A DNA stretch of 64,000 nucleotides from Podarcis filfolensis. Lineage: Eukaryota. Below the pieces are notes generated by a model. It searched no databases and was not told the origin of the DNA. It saw only the letters and a list, made by a program, of their open reading frames with translations. Position 1 is the stretch's first letter; each line of letters starts with the position of its first letter. Made by a program: the position numbers and the translations under genes. The stretch lies in the NCBI GenBank assembly GCA_964270895.1, contig OZ185446.1. One strand, written 5' to 3'. Below are positions 50,512 to 60,758 of this stretch, one piece after another.

Positions 50512-50740
50512 CTGTTTTAAACACAATAATGTGTGTCTGCAGTTTTTGCTTCTGTTTTAGACAGTCGTATTGCTCTTCAAGCATGCTTACGTCCATCTTG
50601 GTTGGCTGCCCGGAACAGTCTGAGGCTCGTTGCTTTGATAGATGAGTCACTAAGAAAATACCACCCATATATTTATAAGCCTTCACCATCTGTTCCCATA
50701 AGAAAGACAAAATCAGGCAAAAGCAGAGCATTTCCTTCAT
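50512..50740 (-). CDS. C9orf152: C9orf152-like protein, exon 1
   Basis: MKEMLCFCLILSFLWEQ...MLEEQYDCLKQKQKLQTHIIVFKT(G) versus recalled human LRAQYEGLKRQQRTQAHLLVLPKG; donor G|gtaagt, phase 1 joins exon 2; total 257 aa. Confidence 0.85.
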
Positions 50741-52141
50741 TGTGCTTGCCAAAAGGCAAAGGGTGTTGGTAACATCTGAAATAGTCACTCACGAGCCAGG
50801 CAGTGGCTTTCTTGCATTGCTTGGATTCCCTTCAGTACCTGGTGCAGAGCTGCTGATTTCAATCAACTGAAATATCAACTTTGCTTCAAATACATCCAGT
50901 GTGTCCTGAACCTATGAAAGCAAAGTTAATGACAGGAACTGTTCAGCTGGAACCGGTGTTGACTTAAGTCCAAACACATGAAGCCTTGCCAAAACCCACA
51001 GTGAAATACAAAACCTCATTTAACACAGCCAAATGCACACAAAAGGCTAAAAGATGCTGGTTGATGTAGCAATTTTAATTTTAAAGCGACACAGTTATAT
51101 GTTTGCAGCATGTCACTTTCGCTGTGATTATATATAATTCCCCCATATTTATTTTATAAGATTTGATTATTATTGTGGTAAACTCTGCGATAACTATTTT
51201 GCTGCCGCTCCCCCCCCCCAACTATTATTATTTTATTCATCTCCTATTCCTAGATATTAGGATAAAAAAATGTAAAGGACATAGAGTTGCATAGAATTGG
51301 AAATTGTAATACGCAGCTTCTCGATTGTCCACAAGTACTGTACATTTCTGTTGTGGGGTATTGATTTCTGATTTGTACCAATTTCACCCTATCAATATTC
51401 CATAGAATGACACATCCATCTGTTTTCTACTCTCATCTGTTTTCTTCTTCTGTTGAGTATGGCTATGGAATGAAGTCTTTAGATGAAAATCCCCTGTAAT
51501 TATATCCCCTTTAGCAAAGATTTGTTGTTGTTGGGTTTTTTTAAAACGTTCCACAGGAAAAATAATTGTTCCACATTAGGTGCATGAATCGAATCCACTG
51601 TTATCTCTTGAGTGTTATCCAAAAAAACAATATGCAGGTGCACTCCTCCTTAGTGAGAAGTGATCCTCTTTCATTTAATCACTTCTCCCATACCCTTAAC
51701 TTTTAAAATAAATATTTTAAAATAGCCGGTAACCAGAACTCAAGACATGTATCATATTTCTTGGTGTCCCCTTCTTTGTTGTTATATTTTAAATAAATAT
51801 TAGAGATAGCCCAGTGTTGAAAACTGAAACCAAATATTCAGCTCAACAGTCACCCACAAATGATGGGAACAAAACACTCAGCTGCATCTTTGGAACTTTT
51901 GTCATTACATTTCCACCTCCACACCGAGTAAGGCTAGTAAAAGCTATGTGGAATAAAGAGTGAGCAGAAGTTCAGCTACTTCTCATTTGTTGGTCATAAT
52001 TAATTGAGTCATCCCTGCATTACACCTGCGTTCAACCTCATATTACACACAAAGAAGGGCTTCAAATGAGGATTGCACGGTCTGGGTGTTTCTATATGAG
52101 GAGACAGTCATTGAGGTATTGTGATCCTGGACTGTTTAAGG

Positions 52142-52277
52142 CAGGCATCCCCAACCTGTGGCCCTCCAGATGTTTTGGCCTACAACTCCCATGATCCCTA
52201 GCTAACAGGACCAGTGGTCAGGGATGATGGGAATTGTAGTCCAAAACATCTGGAGGGCCAAAGGTTGGGAATGCCTG
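52142..52277. mobile_element. hAT-type MITE, young
   Basis: TIR caggcatccccaacct / aggttgggaatgcctg; perfect 8-bp TSD gtttaagg. Confidence 0.9.
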
Positions 52278-52633
52278 GTTTAAGGGTTTATATATTCAGA
52301 GGTCCTGACAAATCAATGTGCTCCAGAGTGATGGAAACACAGAAAGAATTGATGATGCCTATGGAGGGGCAGCTCAATAAAATGAACACTAGGTTGAAAG
52401 CAGTTAATAAAACAGGCCTCCAGGGGAAAGTAATACCAAAGGAGATAGGAGGGTGGGGGCATAGCCAGGCTGCTAGAAGATACCTACCTGAGGCTACTGG
52501 AGGACTATTGGGCCCTTTTCACTTTTTGTAGAATGCAGCAAAAATTAGAAGTCTAATCTGAGTAGTATCTCACAAGCTGATTTTGATGAACTGTAAATAG
52601 TCTCCGAGTTATGCAGTAAGTGCACACTTTTAA

Positions 52634-52636
<3 letters not shown>

Positions 52637-52668
<32 letters not shown>
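52637..52668. repeat. (GT)n microsatellite
   Basis: Pure repeat. Confidence 0.95.
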
Positions 52669-52669
<1 letters not shown>

Positions 52670-54054
52670 AGTACTGCCTATCCTTGAGTGGTCCCAGAAA
52701 AAAAGCACTGTATAGAATTATGTAATTCCAGGTGGTTGTTTTGACCTTAAGCCTGACATTTCATTTTTGGATCTTGGCGACATAAATAGTATATTCACAG
52801 TTTAACAAATACATTTTATTCTTTAACGCTACTTAACTTCAGTGTAGATCACTGTGAGGACTGTGCAAAACATGGAACAGTCCAGGGAAGATTCTGCCAA
52901 ATAGTCCTTCTCAATGTGCAGAGTGGCTGCGATAGAAGAATTCAAATGAAGAAGGAACATTTCTGGATAGTCCTTAAAGTGGAACACTTTCCCCATCCCA
53001 ATCTGTTTCTTTGAACGATATAGCAGCTGGTCCTGCTTATTCCCTCTCCAAGGTGCCCCTGTCCACTAAAGACTATTTGTATTGTAGAAGGCAAAACCAG
53101 CAGAAACTTTGATATCCCTGTGAGCCTTTACTGAATGTGGACCTCTGTGGAGGTGGATGGGAGTCAGCAATATGCACTCCTGTTCTGAAATGTGTGACTA
53201 GTACAAAAGAGAGATGTACTGTACCTTCTGGATAACCCCCATAGGGGTAATACTTGCATTTGTTAATATTAATATTATTTTGGACTGTGGCTGCGTACAG
53301 ATATCTTTAAAACACATTTGAAGCACATTTCTGCCCTCAAAGGTTCTGGGCACTGTAACTCACCACTTATTGAGTTACAATTCCTAGCATTGCTTAACAA
53401 AGTACAGTGCCCATAATTATTTGAGGGGGGAAATGTATATGCAGCCTGTGCATCATTGTTACTCAGCCCTGCCTATGCTATCTTTAGGAACAGGAAAGCA
53501 AAGGATGACATATTTAAACAGGGCACAGCCATGGCTTCCCCAAGACATTTTGCTGACTGAGGCAAATCTCCCCACATCCCACTTACAGAAACCAAGCAGT
53601 ATGCCAGCTGAATCTTACTTCATCACCAGTGATTGGATAATATCCTCCACTCTGCCTAATAGTAGGGTTGGCTCTGAGTTCAGCAAAGGTGGTGAACTTT
53701 TGTCTATAAAATTAAAATAATTTATTAGGTGTTAATTCAGGTATTTAAGTAAAAAAGTACTGTATATGAAACTGCTGTTCTGTATTATGGCCCATTGAAG
53801 AGCAAAGCAAAAAGGCCTGACTTTTTATCGGGTAGCTTCTAATCAATGTCAACATTAATTTTCAAGCAGAGTTTGATAACGCTCACATGCAAAATGAAAA
53901 GACCTACTTAATCTACTGTTACTCTATTGCTAGTTTTAGGTATGTTCACAGTAGAAAACTGCTGAGTTATCTTCTTTAAGCCGGAGGACACTGCGGTCAA
54001 ACTTTGGGGGTGTTAGCTTTCTGCCTGCCCTGCAAGACTTAGTGCAATACTTCT

Positions 54055-54337
54055 AAAGGTAAAGGTAAAGGGACCCCTGACCATTAGGTCCAGTCGTGAC
54101 CGACTCTGGGGTTGCGGCGCTCATCACCCTTTATTGGCCAAGGGAGCCGGCATACATGTGGCCAGCATGACCAAGCCGCTTCTATTTATCTACTTGCACT
54201 TTGACATGCTTTTGAACTGCTAGATTGGCAGGAACAGGGACCGAGCAATGGGAGCTCACCCCGTCGCAGGAATTTGAACCGCCGACCTTCTGATCAGCAA
54301 GTCCTAGGCTCTGTGGTTTAACAGCGCCACCCGCGTC
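54055..54337 (-). mobile_element. Sauria SINE with internal deletions
   Basis: Colinear with 25621 copy but lacks two internal blocks. Confidence 0.9.
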
Positions 54338-56049
54338 AAAGCAATTGTCAAGCTGCCTTCACACATCCATTGTTGGATACCTTTTTCACTATGCTATTCT
54401 CAGTCTGGCCCAGCTGCTCAGTGTTAGGAGGAAAAGCTGTTCTTGTTTATTTTCTACATGCCATGCATGCATACTGCCATTTGGCTTGGGCCTCGGGTTC
54501 AAAGAGTGGCTCAGATTTAGATGCTTGTTAATTTGGGGTCATTCAATAAGTTTTGCAACTTGCTTTTATGTGCATCAAACCAAAACATAACCCACACTCT
54601 CTCCTTAGATCTGCGGGTATTTGGTAAAATACTTTTTTGTTAACCTTTTTCATATTAGAATTAAAAACTTTCACCAATATTAATAGAAATGATGCTACAA
54701 GCTTAGACCATGACCAATGTGCTCGCAGACCAGCTGATTATAGAAACAAACGACTCAATTTTCTTTTGTGGGGGGCACCTTTTTCTCTTTCCATGCATTT
54801 GTCTTTTTTTTATTGGCTAAGAGGGCCTCAAAACTTGGCTTAGGCCTGTTGGTAACTGACCAGGAAAAAAATCTTGAGTTTGTGGGGAATATCTCAATTA
54901 ATATGTTGACGCAGTAGGAGGCAACTGTGAAGTCCTTGCTAGAGATCATTAGGAAAGGGAATGAAAGGGCCACAATAAATGTGATAATGTGTACCCCTGG
55001 AAATCGTTGAGTGCGCTTCTAATAGAGAAGTTATGGTAACCTATTGCTTTGTGAAACTGATGATTTTGCAAGAAGTTGCCCCCAATTGGGGCAGAAATAC
55101 AGCCAATATGTGAATCACAAAGATAAAGCTGAAAGCTAGAACAGACGTTGCTACATGGTACAAATGGCTACATGTAACACAGGTTTCCAATATGCATACT
55201 AACACAATGTAACAAAACACAGTGGGAATCAACACTGAATCAGCAAAATTGCCAGTGCTTATTGCGCATGTGTATTAAGCATGAAATGAGGTAATGATGT
55301 ACGATTGGTGAAAATTGAAATGCTTTGTTTGAAATTTTATAAATACCACTGCCTGAACCACTGGGCATGGTTGCAGTTTTGCAGAACAATCTGACTGTAA
55401 CCTATTGCTTTGCAATAAAAAATGCTGGGCTCCTAACTCCTCACATTTCTGAGTTTTTATTGGCTTAAACTCAGGAGATAAGCCATTTTTGGCTTACAAC
55501 AAAACTGCCAGTTCTGTATAACGTTGTTATGAAAATCTTTGGTGCGACCATACATCAAATACTGTACTGTGTAGTTCAGAAAAAGAAAATCTTCCTCGTT
55601 CAATGTAACTTGATTTATTCTACATTTTAAAAAATAAGTAAAATTAAAAAAGGTTCATTTAATTCTTTTTTTAGCATAGTCTTAAATTATTTGAAATGAC
55701 TAGTTGGGTTTCATCTGTCTTTTTAAACAATTTTTTAAAAAAATTTAATAAAAAATATCCTTGTCGTCGTTAGCCATTATGAGTGAGGCATGGCAGCATA
55801 TTGATATATTGAAACTCAGGCCAAAGTTTTGCTGGTTACGCAACAACAAAGATCCATTATTTTTGAGGGTGGAAATCCCTTCCTTTTGAATCTGAATTCC
55901 AGCAGCCAAGCCATTGGCTGCCCCCTTTTTTGGGTCAGCCTCTTGTGATGATATGCTAGGCTTTTGTTCTTAACCTTGCGTTTCCCCCCTTTCCTTACCA
56001 AACTGTCTCACTCCTAATCTTAACGAGACCATAGTTTAATCTCATTTCC

Positions 56050-56087
56050 CGGTCTTGGTTGGGGAGGGCGGGGTATAAATAAAATTA

Positions 56088-56144
<57 letters not shown>
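56050..56144 (+). mobile_element. Extreme 3' stub of L2 LINE plus (TTA)n
   Basis: 56048-56084 matches 28050-28086 with one mismatch; putative TSD atttcc. Confidence 0.75.
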
Positions 56145-56147
<3 letters not shown>

Positions 56148-56199
56148 TCCTCTGAAGCGCCCTGACCGACACCATTTATTTGTTGTGTGATTTGTATAT

Positions 56200-56800
56200 T
56201 AAAAAGTGGGGGGGATTGAAGTGCCGAGAAGCCTGAGGAAAACAGCCGCCGAGAGGAGGCCGCTCACGCCGGGCAACGAGGCCACCAAAACGCCGCTTCG
56301 ACCCCCGGGCCTGGGCGAGCGAGCGAGCGAGAGGCGGGTCCTCCTTCACCGCCCCCGAAGGGGCCGCAGGGCGGGCGGGTTAATAACTACCAGGGCCCGG
56401 CGCTTGGGCACAGGAGAGAGGCCGGGCGAGCCGTTTCTGTGAGGGAGCGCTGAGGCAAAAAAGCGGGCGCCGGGCCTGCCTCCCGCCGAGCGAAGACGAC
56501 GGCGAGGCCCACTCGCCTCAGGCCGCCATGGCTGCGCCTGCCGAGCCCAGCTACTTGGGATGGGACTTCAGCACCCAGCAGGTACCCGTGGCAAAAAAAA
56601 TGGACGCGGAGGAGGAGGCGGAGCCGGAGCCTTCAGCCGCGGAGAAAGCAGAGTCTCCCCCTCTGCCCTCCCTCGCTTCGCGTCCCTGCGTCGCCTCAGG
56701 ACGGCGGCGCGGGAAAAGTTTCCTCTCGCCCAGCGCTCGGTCCCCTCTCCCGCCCCACCTCGGAGGCCTGGTTCGAGTCAAGAAGGGGGGAGGGGGAAAG
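56200..56800 (+). promoter_or_regulatory. XYLB: CpG island / XYLB promoter
   Basis: CpG-rich, GC boxes (GGGCGGG), surrounds perfect Kozak gccgccATGG at 56528. Confidence 0.85.
56528..56581 (+). CDS. XYLB: Xylulokinase exon 1
   Basis: MAAPAEPSYLGWDFSTQQ (LGWDFSTQQ = FGGY-family phosphate-1 motif as in XYLB); donor CAG|gtaccc. Confidence 0.93.
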
Positions 56801-56928
56801 GAAGCAGGCGCTCTGCACATGCTCTGAGGAAATCCCTTGTCGTCATCGCAGGACTCGGGCACAGAGGAAGCCCCCGGGAGCCTCTGTGATGGGATGGGCA
56901 GAGGCGATGGTTCCTTCTCCGCCTCTAG

Positions 56929-57067
56929 GTCAGCCTTTCGCAAACGGGAGTATTCAGTCGCTTTTGGACTACAACTCCCATCATGCCTAGCTGGCAGGAC
57001 CAGCGGTCAGGGATGGTGGGAATTGTAGTCCGAAAGCAGATGGAGGCCCAAGTTTGGGATGCCCTGG
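56929..57067. mobile_element. hAT-type MITE (same family as 52142)
   Basis: ggactacaactcccatcat..ggaccagcggtcagggatggtgggaattgtagtcc. Confidence 0.7.
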
Positions 57068-57665
57068 TATAGAGCCAAGCAGGCAGCGGTATTAGTATTA
57101 GTATGTCACTTTGTTTTGCCCTAGGCAGCCCAGAGCGACTTACAACCATAGCTGTCAACGTTTCCCTTTTTTAAAGGGAAATTCCCTTATTCCGAATAGG
57201 ATTCCTCGCAAGAAAAGGGAAAAGTTGACAGCTATGCTTACAACCAAACCAGCATGTGATGATGACTGGTTTTATATGGTAAACCACCCTGTGATCCTCG
57301 GATGAAGGCATGGAATAATAATAATGACTGAAGATTTTAAGTGTTGGCGAGTGTTAAGATTTGCCAGCACACAACTGCCCCTCTGCAAGTATGCACAACA
57401 ACATCAAATAAAGGCATGTTTGTTTTAAATTCTGGATCTGAGGGACTTTTCACACCTTACATAGAGGCAGGGCTGAGTGTACCCTTGAAGCAGGAAGTTG
57501 CAGCCAGTCCAGGCACAGAGATGTTTGCAAACGTGTGCTTGATACATTCATGCTTTGCATGTTCTGTTGCTGAAGTACTGGGAATCACAGGTGGGGAGAG
57601 CATTGGTGCACTAAGGTGCTGCTTTTGGACTTCCCATTGCAGCAACAGGTTGGCTGCTGTGAGAA

Positions 57666-57793
57666 CAGGGGCGTAGCCAGGATTTTTTTGGGGGTAGGTT
57701 TTTTGGGGGGGCAAGCTTTTGTTTGGGGGGGCAGAACTTCAGATTTGTATTGATTTTGAATTGATGGATGGGGGGACCCCAGCTATGCCCATG
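57666..57793. mobile_element. Possible Harbinger-type MITE
   Basis: Termini caggggcgtagccagg / cccagctatgcccatg. Confidence 0.45.
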
Positions 57794-58478
57794 GACTTTG
57801 GCCTAATCTAGCAGCCAGACTCTTAGAATATTCTTAAATGAATCGGAGCTACAGTGCACATAAATGTGGCTTGCTTAGGAAAACCTGCCAATGGATTTCA
57901 CCTTTTGCCTTTTTGCAGCTGAGCTGTGGAATATAGGTCTTTCTAGAACTGTTTCAAATTCACAATGATTCCCCCCCTTCCTTCTCCCTTGGTTTTTATG
58001 ATGTGGCACTACATCTCACAGTTCTGATAAAATCCTTTGGCAAACTGGAGAAATTCAGCCCCTTAGCACAGGCTTCAGCAATTGTACCTGGAAGCAAAGT
58101 CTACTTGCACTTCCTGAGTTCCAGCATATTTAAATGAGAAATCAAAGGTTAACCTACGAAGTTTAGTTAGTCATTACGTGCAGATTTTTGTTTAAAAAAA
58201 TACTGTAACTTTCCTATAGCCCCAACCAAACTGATGAAGTGGGAGTTCATATTACTAGATAGCATTTTCATTTAGACACTGCCGTTACACTTTTTAGAAA
58301 ACATTTAAACACTCCTTTCTCTCTAAAGATCATAAATAGCAAATGAGAAAGAAGGGTCTTAGCTCCTTTCAAGGGGTGGTAGGTGCAGACGGCAGGAGCC
58401 CAATGGTTAGAAATAAGGACAGCTTGCTTGTACAAAGCAATAATTACTAATTCATTCAAGATGCTGTCAACAGAGAAC

Positions 58479-59028
58479 CAGCATGGTTCAGTGGTTAGAT
58501 ACACTAGGATATGGGAGGTAAAGGTAAAGGGACCCCTGACCATTAGGTCCAGTCGTGACCGACTCTCGGGTTGCAGCACTCATCTCGCTTTATTGGCTGA
58601 GGGAGCCGGCGTGCAGCTTCCGGGTCATGTGGCCAGCATGACTAAGCCGCTTCTGGCGAACCAGAGCAGTGCACGGAAACGCCGTTTACCTTCCCGCCAG
58701 AGCGGTACCTATTTATCTACTTGCACTTTGACCTGCTTTCGAACTGCAAGGTTGGCAGGAGCAGGGACCGAGCAACGGGAGCTCACCCCGTCACGGGGAT
58801 TCGAACTGCCAACCTTCTGATCTGCAAGTCCTAGGCTCTGTGGTTTAACCCACAGCGCCACCCACGTCAGGACTTGGGAGACTAGGGTTCAAATCCCCAC
58901 TCAGCTATGAAGCTCACTTGGTGACCTTGGGCTAATCATGCAACCTAAGCTACCTCAAAGGGTTGTTGTGATGATAAAATAGGGAGATCATGTATGTCAC
59001 CTTGAGCTCTTTGGAGTAAAGGTGGCAT
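58479..59028 (+). mobile_element. Older tRNA/CORE-like SINE interrupted by a Sauria SINE
   Basis: cagcatggttcagtggttaga..[insert]..gggttcaaatcccc..ggtgaccttggg..agggttgttgtgatgataaaat. Confidence 0.6.
58517..58868 (-). mobile_element. Sauria SINE, full length, nested
   Basis: Near identical to 25621 copy; imperfect TSD aggatatgggag/aggacttgggag. Confidence 0.92.
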
Positions 59029-59450
59029 TTGTTGTTGTTTAGTTGTTTAGTCGTGTCCGACTCTTCGTGACCCCATGGACCAGAGCACACCGGGCACTCC
59101 TGTCTTCCACTGCCTCCCACAGCTTGGTCAAACTAATGTTGGTAGCTTTGAGAACACTGTCCAACCATCTCGTCCTCTGTCGTCCCCTTCTCCTTGTGCC
59201 CTCCATCTTTCCCAACATCAGGGTCTTCTCTAGGGAGTCTTCTCTTCTCATGAGGTGGCCAAAGTATTGGAGCCTCAGCTTCAGGATCTGTCCTTCCAGT
59301 GAGCACCCAGGGCTGATTTCCTTCAGAATGGAGAGGTTTGATCTTCTTGCAGTCCATGGGACTCTCAAGAGTCTCCTCCAGCACCATAATTCAAAAGCAT
59401 CAATTCTTCGGCGATCAGCCTTCTTTATGGAACAGGTCTCACTCCAGATA
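59029..59450 (-). mobile_element. Bov-B (RTE) LINE 3' end
   Basis: ORF RVPWTARRSNLSILKEISPGCSLEGQILKLRLQYFGHLMRREDSLEKTLMLGKMEGTRRRGRQRTRWLD..VHGVTKSRTRL; (CAA)n tail; putative TSD aggtggcat/aagtggcat. Confidence 0.93.
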
Positions 59451-60285
59451 GAAGTGGCATAGAAATGCAGTTATAAGTAACATAAAGTAAGCAGTCTTTG
59501 CCAACCTGGTGCTCTCCAGATGTTTTGGACTACAAACAGCTTGATGCGAGTTGAAATCCAAAATACGTTGAGGGCACCAGCTTTGGGAAGGCTGAGCTAA
59601 GGTGATGTAGGGTCAGAACTGAAGCAATCTTCCTTCCATCGCACCTCTCTAATAAATTGACGGGATGAGTGGAAGTGAGGTTTTTATGAATGCAAAGATC
59701 TATACAAAACAAGATTGTAAAAAGCAATACTGTAGTGAAAACAAAGAAGGGGCCAATGGTGAAGGAAGAAGGGCAGGGCCAATGGTGAAGGAAGAAGGGC
59801 AGGGGTACTCATGGGAAAACACGAAGCATTTTTCTGAATTAATCATGGGGATTTCAGTACTTCCTTAGTGAAACTCTAATTTGCTCCCAGGAAGTGGAAC
59901 ACTAATCAGCGATCATCAGTTTCTGGAGATGGAATGAAGTGCAGAATGAACTAGCTACTTGCTATTTTAGGTGACTGATCACACAGAAATTATTGATTCT
60001 TCCAAATGGAGGCATGCATTTTAGAATCAATGACACCAGTGGATATAATTAATTCTAGAAGGCACGCCACTATTTGGAAGATACCTGTAGGTATCTGTAT
60101 TGCATTTGAAATTGTTTTTATATCTATGTAATTGTTTTTACTGTTTTTTGTATATGTACGGTAAGTGTTTTTACTTCTTGTATAAATGTTTGTTTAACCG
60201 TTTTTATATATACAATTGTTTTATACATATTTTTATTATGCAGTACTTTGAGATGCTTCATAGGAAGCAAATCCTAATGAAATAA

Positions 60286-60432
<147 letters not shown>

Positions 60433-60647
60433 TAAACCTGCGTTGGCATTAAATTTCCCTCTGTACTTGCGCTTGGGCAGATCCTGTTCAAGGATCATAG
60501 AATGTTGTGATTAAAAGTATTCCTTTAGTAACACTGCACTATGTTTGGTTTTGTTTTTGCATTCTTTTTAAGGGTAACTGTCCTAGCTGTGTACAAGAGA
60601 GTACTTGTGTGTTATTTGGGGAAATGCAAAGTGAAATAATGAATTAG

Positions 60648-60758
<111 letters not shown>

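Noticed and set aside
56206-56943. Several ORFs overlapping the XYLB CpG island (and those at 41609-42190 over the NUB1 island)
   Set aside because: Stop-poor GC-rich sequence; only the 18-codon XYLB exon 1 has homology support
25621-58868. All four Sauria SINEs lie on the minus strand
   Set aside because: With four copies the chance of identical orientation is 1 in 8, which is not significant
59043-59462. 139-aa plus-strand ORF (MFSRVRLFVTPW...)
   Set aside because: Antisense shadow of the Bov-B ORF2 3' end
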